Origin: Phoronis australis
Taxonomy: Eukaryota > Animalia > Phoronida
Assembly: GCA_002633005.1 (NCBI GenBank)
Contig: NMRA01000367.1
Location: 374,578 to 438,577, forward strand
Direction of reading: 5' to 3'
Length of the DNA stretch: 64,000 bases
The notes under the pieces were generated by a model that made no database searches, had not been told where the DNA came from, and worked only from the letters and a program-made list of their open reading frames with translations. This document shows, piece by piece, positions 35,173 through 47,100 of this stretch; the stretch's first letter is position 1; every line of letters begins with the position of its first letter. A program made the position numbers and the translations under genes.

Positions 35173-38100
35173 TTATGTTTTCTTTTTGAAGAAACTCTCC
35201 ATGGTGGACTGTTTCTTAGTGCCTACATTTCCATCTCCATTAGACTGCCTGCGTTTCATACCCTGCAAAACAAAGTACACACACACACTGATACTTGTGT
35301 CCTCTGATTGACCTAAGCACAGTACGATGACTTCCCTTGTGATGTAATGTCACTTCATTCATGCAGCTTACACAGTTGTAGTATCAGCAGGCTATTATTG
35401 GTCACACCACGAGTAGCGATATCACCTGATAACAGAACCACCGCAGCGTGTTTTAGCAAATACAAATAAGTTTTGACTCATTCAGTCAGGGTTCAAAGAT
35501 GAAGGAACTTACATAGGAAAAACGCAATGTTGCAGCCTTATCCCAAAGCCATCTGCAGGAGGCTCAAGAGGCATCTCAAGGCTCGGTACTAGATATGAGG
35601 TAAGTTGAAATGCAGTGGACTGTGTTTCAACCACACCATTTAGCTAGTACACGGCCTTGCGATATTATGTAATTTACATTAGTTCATTTTACACCTTCAT
35701 CTTTATGCTTTTTTCAAATAAGATTACAGAGGTATCATTAGTTGTGCAATAGTAGATTGGATGGAAGGTGGGCAATGTAACCAAAGGCCAAGGTCAACAC
35801 TGATGCCCTGACACTGGTTCCCCAACACTGGTCTCCCAATTCTGGTCCTACAACTCTGATCCCCAGCACTGGACCCCCAACACTGGTCCCCAACACTGGT
35901 CCCCAACACTGGTCCCCAACACTGGTCCCCAACACTGGTCCCTCAATACTGCTCCCCCAACAGTGGTCCCCCAAAACTGGTCCTCAACACTGGTCCATCC
36001 ATACTGGTTCCCCAACGTTGCCCATGGGATCAGTCCATATTTGTATATTGTTACACGATCCCTGGTACTTCTGTCCCGAATGGCTGAAATGCAGTGTGTC
36101 TTTTACGATATAGCATATTATGGACCATCTAAGAGTGGAATATCACTGTTCATTCATGCCATCCGGATGTCATATGTTGCTATCGAAACCCTGAACAAAC
36201 CATAAACCCCCACCATGAAATAAGCAGATGATGTCAGTACATCAGAGCACGGCATCAAGTGATGCATAATTTCTTTCAAGATAAGGTTAACTCGCGTCAT
36301 GAATGCTTCACCTGTCTGTCATCATCTGACATAACTGTAGCAGTCATCAAGTGATGAGGGTTCACAAGCCCCGGCCAGAGAATACTGACTGTAGTCACAG
36401 TGTCAGACTATGTGACAGTCCAACATTAACTTTCATTAAATATCATAGCTACCCATAAGGAAAATAGTACCTACCTGGGCTTTTGGCACCTTTTGTGTGG
36501 TCATGAAAGCTTTGAATACCTTCCTCATGGCTGTGGAGAGGGCTGCTCCATCAACTTCCTGCTCAGTCAACCATTTGTACGGTCGGTCAAACTTTATATC
36601 CATTGGTTGCGGTACACTGATACTGCTTACAGTGTACGTCTGATGAATATGGGAGAAAATGTGCACAACCTAGGATTAGATACACTCATAGTGAGGCCCT
36701 GTGTAAACTCATCTGTGAAGTGGAGGTCTGCAGTATGTATAAACACACAACTTAGGTAGAAATACAAAAAGAGGCTCCATGACTATAGGCATACACAGAC
36801 ACACAGCAGTCCTTTCCTACCCCTCCCTCCACTCTTCCCTCAACCTTTTCACCTCACCTCTCCACTTTTTTATCAACCTTTTCACCCCACCTCTACACTC
36901 TACCCTCGACCTTTTCACCCCACCTCTACACTCTACCCTCGACCTTTTCACACCACCTCTCCACTCAACAATCAACTTTTTCTCTCTACCTCTTCCCTCT
37001 GCTCTCAACCTTTTCACATCATCCTCTCCACTTTCCTTCTCACCTCTCAACCTTTTCACGTTAACCTCGCCATTTGGCTTCCCAGCTTTCTTTCTCAATT
37101 TCTCATGAATGATCAACAATGTAATCTCAAAATTATTTTACTAGTGAATATTCAAATGTATCACAATTAATGACAAAGAAAATGACAGATTCACCTTATA
37201 CCAACAGTGATTACCTTACACCAACAGTGATTACCTTACACCAACAGTGATTACCTTACACCAACAGTGATTACCTTACACCAACAGTGATTACCTTACT
37301 CCAACAGTGATTACCTTACACCAACAGTGATTACCTTACTCCAACAGTGATTACCTTACTCCAACAGTGATTACCTTACACCAACAGTGATTACCTTACA
37401 CAAACAGTGATTACCTTGCCCACAGCTTCTGCCTCAGCCCCTTCAGGTAAACTCAGCTCAAAGTCTGACACCATTTTGTCAAGCACATCACAACTACTGT
37501 CTGTGATGGGTAAGCTGGGAAACTCCCACAATCCAGCTAGAAGGCCTGAAATCATAGCTAAATCTGACTTAGTGCTTTTACTAGAGGAATCTAAGGCCTT
37601 AACTTGGCCAATCATTATGTATTTGAAACAGCAAGGGAAGACAGCTTTTAGGTGAGCATGTAAGAATACTACACTGCGAGAGAGCATGTTAGACATGCCC
37701 AGTCTACACAAAGTAAGACATGCCCAGTCTATACAAAGACATGACTATGGGCAGCGAAAAGATTCAAAATATACAACACTGCCAAATAAACAAGTGGTTT
37801 GACAAACAGACAAGTGGTTTGCTAAACAGGCAAGTGATTCGTCAAATAAACAGGTCAAGAATGCTATGGTTTTCCAAACAGACAAGACAACTGTGCAGAT
37901 TCTGTCGGATAAACAAGTGCCTACTGTTGAACGAACAAGTAAGTTGGCAAATGATTAAGTAGGTTACCAAACAGACAAGTAACCTGGTAGGCTCAACTTG
38001 TCGAACAGACAAGTCATTTGTTAAACGAACAAGACAAGCACGGCAAATGAACAGAGGGCGCTACTTGAAAACGAATGACGTCACGGAGTCTCAATCTGAC

Positions 38101-41100
38101 TGATCCCCGAACCTGCATTATGGTATTTTTATTTTGGGATGAGACAAAAACTGCATGCTGCGGCTTTGCGCCATTGGACGTTTTGAAGCTGTAGCTGAAA
38201 GGTGATCACAAAATAACAAACCTGATCACACATGATTGCAGGTCATAATATTAACGGTTTGACTTCAAATTATGGAATAACGATTAATTGGCGGGGTGGC
38301 CGAAAAAAGCTTTGAATACCTGTTTGTGTACGTGGTCGTGAAACAGTTCAATCTACCATTTACTTTTAATCAGCAGCTTGGTTTAAACAAGCAAACGCAT
38401 CACGATTCCATAAATTTATTTAAGAATGGTCGATGACAAATTGAGAACAGTCCTATGAACGAANNNNNNNNNNNNNNNNNNNNNNNNNNNNNNNNNNNNN
38501 NNNNNNNNNNNNNNNNNNNNNNNNNNNNNNNNNNNNNNNNNNNNNNNNNNNNNNNNNNNNNNNNNNNNNNNNNNNNNNNNNNNNNNNNNNNNNNNNNNNN
38601 NNNNNNNNNNNNNNNNNNNNNNNNNNNNNNNNNNNNNNNNNNNNNNNNNNNNNNNNNNNNNNNNNNNNNNNNNNNNNNNNNNNNNNNNNNNNNNNNNNNN
38701 NNNNNNNNNNNNNNNNNNNNNNNNNNNNNNNNNNNNNNNNNNNNNNNNNNNNNNNNNNNNNNNNNNNNNNNNNNNNNNNNNNNNNNNNNNNNNNNNNNNN
38801 NNNNNNNNNNNNNNNNNNNNNNNNNNNNNNNNNNNNNNNNNNNNNNNNNNNNNNNNNNNNNNNNNNNNNNNNNNNNNNNNNNNNNNNNNNNNNNNNNNNN
38901 NNNNNNNNNNNNNNNNNNNNNNNNNNNNNNNNNNNNNNNNNNNNNNNNNNNNNNNNNNNNNNNNNNNNNNNNNNNNNNNNNNNNNNNNNNNNNNNNNNNN
39001 NNNNNNNNNNNNNNNNNNNNNNNNNNNNNNNNNNNNNNNNNNNNNNNNNNNNNNNNNNNNNNNNNNNNNNNNNNNNNNNNNNNNNNNNNNNNNNNNNNNN
39101 NNNNNNNNNNNNNNNNNNNNNNNNNNNNNNNNNNNNNNNNNNNNNNNNNNNNNNNNNNNNNNNNNNNNNNNNNNNNNNNNNNNNNNNNNNNNNNNNNNNN
39201 NNNNNNNNNNNNNNNNNNNNNNNNNNNNNNNNNNNNNNNNNNNNNNNNNNNNNNNNNNNNNNNNNNNNNNNNNNNNNNNNNNNNNNNNNNNNNNNNNNNN
39301 NNNNNNNNNNNNNNNNNNNNNNNNNNNNNNNNNNNNNNNNNNNNNNNNNNNNNNNNNNNNNNNNNNNNNNNNNNNNNNNNNNNNNNNNNNNNNNNNNNNN
39401 NNNNNNNNNNNNNNNNNNNNNNNNNNNNNNNNNNNNNNNNNNNNNNNNNNNNNNNNATGATCATAGAACAACGAGGACCCGTGTCATTTTCTGTGGAGTT
39501 GCCCGATAAACGGATTTGGAGGCGTCACGTAGACCACATAGTACGACGCACACCGGAAGACAACCCATCTTCAACCACGTTTGGCCCACCGCCAAGTAAC
39601 TTACCTCCGCCACAAGCCTTCGTACCGCCAACTCGGTTGACGGAACAACCTTCTACGCCTGTGGTCGATCCCACTGCGGATTCGAACGCTACTACCGTAC
39701 GATTACCCGTAGAAAATCCACCAACGGATTCGTCTGTAGTTGTGACACGTTCCGGAAGGAAATCAATCCAACCAGACAGGCTGAACTTTTAATTACTACT
39801 TATTATAACTAGCTTCAGTCATCAGTAGGATCACCTTACAGCAAACAGCAGTGTAATACATCGTTTTAGTTATGACTGGACACTTAGTATCGTTTTACAA
39901 ACAAGACTGCTGACAGTGTGTTACATGCATGTTTGTGTTTAGTTTGAAGTGTTCCTCCATGTTTATTTACGTTTGCAGTAGTCAGCTAAGGGTAGAGGGA
40001 TGTTGTGTATTGGCAATGCTACTTGTGGTTTTCCTTAGAATATAGTCACGTGGTATTTATGCCCACAAGCCACGTGCTCATCCCCTTCTTGTATTAGTTC
40101 TCCAAGTGAATAGACGTATTATAATTTACTCTCATCTGTGTTGTTTTACTGGTTCTACGAACACAACACTCTTGCACTGAGAATGAGAACGATAACCTAC
40201 CTTTGTCCGGGCGTTGTGTCAGTAGATACTGTCTACAGCCACCACTTCCTGTCACTAAAATGAACACAGACGTGTGCTCTTCTTTCCGTGGCTTCTTCTT
40301 TGATTTCCGAGGATAGTTCATCACACCAAGGTCGAGCTGCCAGTCTGAATGATGAGGAAGACACAGGTGACAGTCTTCAACATCTGAAAGTGTTCATCAT
40401 AGTAAAATATTCTGTGATCACATTGAACAGGATATTCTGAACCAGTACTTGAAATCTCTATTTGTGCCTGAGTGAAACTAATAGCAGCATATGACATTAT
40501 ACACGTCAATCACATATGTGAAGCAATGCAAAACAGTGATTTAATTTGAAATGGCAAATATCAGTAGCTAATTTGGGTCATTTCCTCTCAAATGCATTGT
40601 GGGACTGTTGTCCACTCATAACAAAATGACAGTAAGCAACAATTGTAAGTCGCTTATGTGCACCAGAACTGAAAGCAGAGGTCAACTGTAAAAAAGCAAC
40701 AATATGATGCAAAGTGTGCCACTAAATGCACCAAATAAATACATACAAACATCTGATTTTCTACACAAACACTGCCATATTGAAATTCACTATTCCGCCA
40801 GATAGTGATCAGGTCTTTAGTGGACAGGCATTCAGCAACCAACAGGTCCCATGTAATGAGGCGAGAGGTTTCAACCTATTGGTATCAATAGCGTTTTATT
40901 ACATTTCCTGTTATTATACTGTTCTGCGACAAACCTTTTCAAATATCAATTGATGAGCAATGATGTCCTATTCCACGCATTTCGCACAGCGAAGATGTAT
41001 CCGCGACATTAAGCCAGTAGGGGGCGCTGACAAGAGGGATAATTACATTTATGAACCACTATGTAGTATTTAAATTTCTTTCCACCAAATCTGAGTCGGT

Positions 41101-44100
41101 ATCAATCGTATGCCATGTTCATTTTCTCATTATTCTAGAGAGCACCAATATGAAAGGTCCCCTATTAGAAAAAGATTCTCCAGGCACACACACTCCAATC
41201 GCGCTGAGGTCAAATCTCACCGCCTAAACCACAAATTACGATACACGCCCACAACTTATCGGTGATGTCATCAGACGTTTACAAGCCAACAACAATCCCA
41301 CAATGCATTTGATAAAGGACAGCACCATGGTAGATAAAATGCCATGAATTACGAGCTCCATGAAACAGCCAATAAAAAGAAAAATCAATCTTACCACATT
41401 TAAGGTCTAATGTCTCTTTAGTAGTTTTGGTGAAACCTTTTGAGCTTTCAACTTTACGTTTCTCCACCTGTTGATAGCAACAACTTGATTTCAAAGGTAA
41501 GAGATGAGGACACAATGGTGTGCGTACCTCTTGGGAATTGGACACTCCATCGACATTGACATTCAATCGCCTAAGCCTTGTGACCACCAAAATGACACGG
41601 GCAAGACTTCAAACTATGTCAGTATGAATTTGTACTATAAGTACTTTGAAAAGAAGGAGAAGTATGTTTCAATTATGACACCTTCACCAATTAGTGCTTC
41701 TGTTTCAGCAGTCTCCAAACATGTGAACAAGCAACCTTTGGACACTGCTGATCATTTAAAGGAGAAGGCAACTTTTTTTACATGTCATTTTTAGTAAAAA
41801 TGTAGTTTGTTGATTATCTCAGACATATGTTTCAGTTAATTACGGCTTCCTATACTTTTATTAATTAGTTATGACTTACAAAGGAAGTGATGTTTAGGGG
41901 GTTAACAATTTCCCGCCATTTTGTTCTCATGTTGTCTGACTGTGTGAGCTGTTGAGTCAGTCATTGTTTTTACCTCAGTTGTGACAAGTTCAGTCGTCTT
42001 TTGCTTACGAGTCAGTCAACACGCCGCACGGTTCCTGTGTACCGAGATGTACTCATTATAGTCTCACACACACACTTTGGCTATGCCATTACATCGCTTT
42101 CCAAAAGATGACGCACTACGCCATACTTGGCTCGTTCGCATGAAGAACGCAGCGTTACCCGTCTACGCAACGTATAAAGCAATGGAGAATTAGGACGTGT
42201 GTGGCAAGCATTTTCTGTCGTCGGATTACAAAAGCGATATGTACGCGGAATTGATAAAGGTTCCTGTAAAACAACGCTGTTAATTTCCGGCAGCGCCCCG
42301 TCGCCACCCCCGAGGAGTGCATTTTAGAAGCGAGCAGTGACTGGAGCCCCGTCATCTAATGTCACTTGTACCTACGAAAGTACTGGTACCCCACAGCGCG
42401 CAGTGACTAGCCCTGTGCTGGTGTTGTCTCCAGCTCAGAGCCTGAAAGCAGACCTGCAGAAATGTCGAGTAATGGAAGTAAATACAGGCCCAGTTCTACA
42501 CCCAGTGAGGAGTGCCAGTTTGTCGTCCAGACCAGTGAGCCAAACTTTGATAAGTTTATAGTTTAAGGTCATTGTTTATTGCCAGGTGTGTGGCAAAAGT
42601 CACACGAAGGGATGTGAGCGGCTTGGGTGCCTGTCCTCAGTCTCTGCCTCATACCTCTCAACAGCTGTCTGTGCGTAATCTGTCTCACTGCTGTTCGTGA
42701 CAAAATTCCTTGTCACCACGTCATTGTGTCTGTGATATGGATCGCAGATTCCAGCCATTTTCAGGCTACTACAAACTAAATGATCCCTAAATCCATTGTA
42801 ATTGAGTTTTCCAACAACCTAGCTTGTCGTAGAGTACTCGTTGATGGAAAGAAGCTATGGTAAAGTCAAGAAACCAGCACAAAAACAACAGTAGAACAGA
42901 TCCTCACAGTAAACTCAAACACAGAAACACAATGCCGGGAAATTTTAACCCCTAAACATCACTTCCAGAGTAGGGCATGATTAATAAAATTACGGGAAGC
43001 CGTAATTAACTGAAACATATGTCTGGGATAATCAACGAACCGTATTTTTATTAAAAATGACATGAAAAAAGGTTGCCTTCTCCTTTAAACACTCAGCATT
43101 AAGACTAAAAGACTGCAGTTATCCTTAGCATATCTTGAGCGTGACAGGGACAGAGCTAGGAACCAACCTAAGTAAAATTTTAGGTAGCAAAGATAGCTTC
43201 TTCAACACATTGATATACTATTTGCAGCTGCCTGGAAACAAAATTTGTACTGATATGAAAAGCATCTACTAATATATAGAGCAGTAGTGACACTAATATG
43301 TATAGCATCTCACAACCAGTAGTTTTTGTAACCTTGGGATTCAACAATGATGCTTATCTTGTTTGTTTATGGCAGCCATTTAAAGATTAAGCATCACAAG
43401 CTTCCATTTATGGAACAAACAAACTCGTGTCATTGACGTCAAACCACGAAGCATGTGATACGCACTCTGCCATTGACGTCAAACCAAGAACCTTGTGATA
43501 CAGACCCTGTCATCGACGTCAGATCAAGAACCTTGTGATACAGACCCTGTCATTGACGTCAAACCAAGAACCTTGTGGCACACACCCTGACACTGACATC
43601 AAACCAAGAATCTTGTGATACACACGATGTGATTACTATTTTGGTAACCAAAGAGTGACATGTATCAGGACAAGGAGACAATTATGTCGAAGTAATATTC
43701 GTTGACAAATGCAGCTTACTGGTAATCAAATGTTCAAAACTATAATCCCTAAAGCAGGAACAATTCTAGCACATTTTATCGAATTGAACGTGAACTTGTT
43801 AACAAAGAAAAGTTCATTGACTATTCAATGAAGAGAATTTTGGCCAATAGGTGACGCTCTATTTCACGGCACTCAAAGCTCAGGTGTAGATAACTGCTAT
43901 ACAAATTTAATAGAATAACGATTTTTAGCAACGGCAACAAATTTGATTCACCCAAGGAAGTCTACTTAAATTTAAAGTGTTGACTTTTCTTACAGACTCA
44001 CTTTTTACCCAGAAAAACCCAAAGTTGTATATATGTATCATGGTATAATATAGAGGCTTGTCAATTGGAAATATAGTGAGGGAACAAACAGTGCAACAGT

Positions 44101-47100
44101 GGTGAGACATTGAAAAAGCAAGATCAATAAACAGGTTCATAGTGGAAATATTCATTTTGTAAACTGTTATTAATACTTCAGAGACTGCATGAAGGACAGA
44201 GTGCCCTCTATTGGGAACATACAGAGAGACCCCAATCGACAGCACAGATAAAACATAAAGACAATGCATGTTACTCTTACCTGCTTAAAGGCATAGCAAT
44301 AGTCTTTCAAAGGGCACACCTTACATGACGGAGCCTTAGGGGTGCAGATAGTGGCCCCTAACTCCATCATAGCTTGATTAAAGTCACCAGGATTAGCTGT
44401 ATCCAAAAGACACTGTGATATTGACCTGTGTAAAACACATAGGGCGCCAATAAGAAAGAGATCTGACTAATTCTTCACCCTCGGTATGTATACTTGCCCT
44501 TGAAGTCATACTTATGCATCCACAAATGTAAGAAGCAGTTTTCTACAGACATAAATCTCACACGGTGTAAGTGACAACTACAGACATGACTCTCACAAGA
44601 AGGTGTCAGTGACATCTATGGACATAACCAGGGTCCAATTTGACGAGTACCAGCTCGTATTATGCGACCTGAAACTGTCGTTTGCGACTTGAGCTTGAGC
44701 CTTACTCAGTGAATGTGATTTGAGTTTTACCTCGCTCAACTCACCAAATGTGACCTCAATTTATGGCAATGCCATTATCTCACTTGCAAAACCACGTCAG
44801 TCGGGTCAAATAACACTCACTAACAAAACCACGTCAGTCGGGTCAAATAACACTCACTAACAAAACCACGTCAGTTGGGTCAAATAACACTCACTAACAA
44901 AACAACGTCAGTTGGGTCAAATAACACTCACTAACAAAACAACAAAAAAGAACCAAAAAACGCGCTCAGTGCCGATCAACTATTGTCGCCACTTGCCGAT
45001 CTTGTTTATACACAGGTGCTCAAACAATAACTCTCAAAAAGCGCCTCCTACAAAGGCGAGAAACTGAATATGGCAAAGTGAAATTTGAGCGCATGTGGTT
45101 TCCTAGTCTGCATGTGATGACAATGAAAAAATTTGCTGTGCCGGGAGGCAAAATTAAGGATCGCAGGAGGAATAATAGCGACCGCAGGAAATACTGGCAA
45201 TACAAGGAGAGAATAGCGCATGACAAAAATGGTGCCCTCAATAACTTACATTTAAATTGAATTTCGTGCGCGCCTGGAAACATATATTCGTTGCTATAGG
45301 CAGACAAACTCGTCTTTAAATTATTGGACATCGTACAACCCTTAGACTATTTGCTAAGTTAACTCTTACTAGTGATGGTTTATGTTTTCATAGATTTACC
45401 AAAAAATATTACTCAAACAGTACCTCAGGTGTGTAACTGCTATCCTCTCTCTTGATCGTGAGATCAATTCCGAGCGCCACAGAACCCTTCCTCATCCCCC
45501 ATGATGTTCCGCAGCCTAAAGGCCCCTCACTTATGTTGGCACGCTGTCCCTCAGTAGTTTGCCCTCACCCATCAATGTGTCACCCTGCCGCCCACTATGC
45601 TTTTGAGATGCGGCCTGGAGAGTACCCCACCCCCAGCTACACCGCGGTAGTAGCTAGTCGTATCACTGTAAATCATGGCCTACTTCACAATAAAACGAGC
45701 ATCGACGGAACTTCATAAGGTGTCAGTGACAGCGACAGACATGACTTTCACCATGAGTCAGTAACAGCAACAGAGATAACTCATACCAGAATGAGTCAGT
45801 AACAGTTATAGAGATAACTCATATCAGAATGAGTCAGTAACAGTTACAGAGATAACTCATATCAGAATGAGTCAGTGACAGTTATAGAGATAACTCATAT
45901 CAGAATGAGTCAGTAACAGTTATAGAGATAACTCATATCAGAATGAGTCAGTGACAGTTATAGAGATAACTCATACCAGAATGAGTCAGTAACAGTTATA
46001 GAGATAACTCATATCAGAATGAGTCAGTGACAGTTATAGAGATAACTCATATCAGAATGAGTCAGTGACAGTTATAGAGATAACTCATATCAGAATGAGT
46101 CAGTAACAGTTACAGAGATAACTCATATCAGAATGAGTCAGTGACAGCCAAAGACATGACTCTTACCAGAAGGTGTCAATAACAGGTTGGCTGGTACTGT
46201 CTGCTCCTATTGCACGAAGTCTGGCGATGACCCGAACCACGTTACCATCAACCACAGAGACAGGCTGTAATGTCAAAGAATATAAAACATAACCACTTAC
46301 CAAAGATACGGGTAGCAATGACAGAGGACACAAAACTGTGCCATTGACAACAGAAACAGGCAGCAATGGCAACTGGCACAGGCAGGGATATTCCTGGACT
46401 GCGCCTTTGCGCCATCAGTGCATCAAAAAATAAAAAGGCGCAAGTACATAGCAGCAGTGCACCACCCAGGCACATCTTTTACGGCACAACGCTCTTCCAA
46501 AAATGCCAGTCGGGTAAAACATGACTTATTTCGATTGCCCTTGGGGTTTCTGTTTTATATGTTGCCACTTTAATTACACTAAGTTTGCTGGGCACACAAC
46601 TTTTTGAAACAAGAGCAACGCAAATGGTGTGCTTTTAGGGTTACTTATTTGTATCATAAAAATGGCCACTACATGGCGCAAAAACATACAGTCCATCTAA
46701 AAACATGAACATGCCATATTTCATAAAAATCTGTCAAGGAACTTCAGAGAAACAAAGGAAAACAGAATAAAATGAAATTGCCACTAGTTGGCACAGTGTC
46801 CACTTGATCCGCCTGAAAGTCGTCGTCTGTTGTTATCTTCGTATAAATACACTTACTAAATTTAAAAAAGATTCTGAAGTGGGTTTAGGAGATACAACTA
46901 CCACTAGGAGGCGCCACAGTAGTCAGTCACCATCATCAAAGGTCATCTTCACACTGATAACATATATGTCAATTTTCAAATGATTTGGTTGATACAGGGG
47001 TGGACGCCAAAAACAAGATTTGGCCACTAGGTGGTGCAAAATACCTCGATTCCATCCAAAAACAGGAAGATAACATCACCACACCGATAGATGCCTATAT

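Noticed and set aside
37201-37410. CRISPR-like regular repeats (also 45773-46150, 7779-8015)
   Set aside because: Head-to-tail repeats without unique spacers, no cas genes, eukaryotic intron context
38400-39471. Long ORFs of 350-445 aa
   Set aside because: Artefacts of translating the N gap
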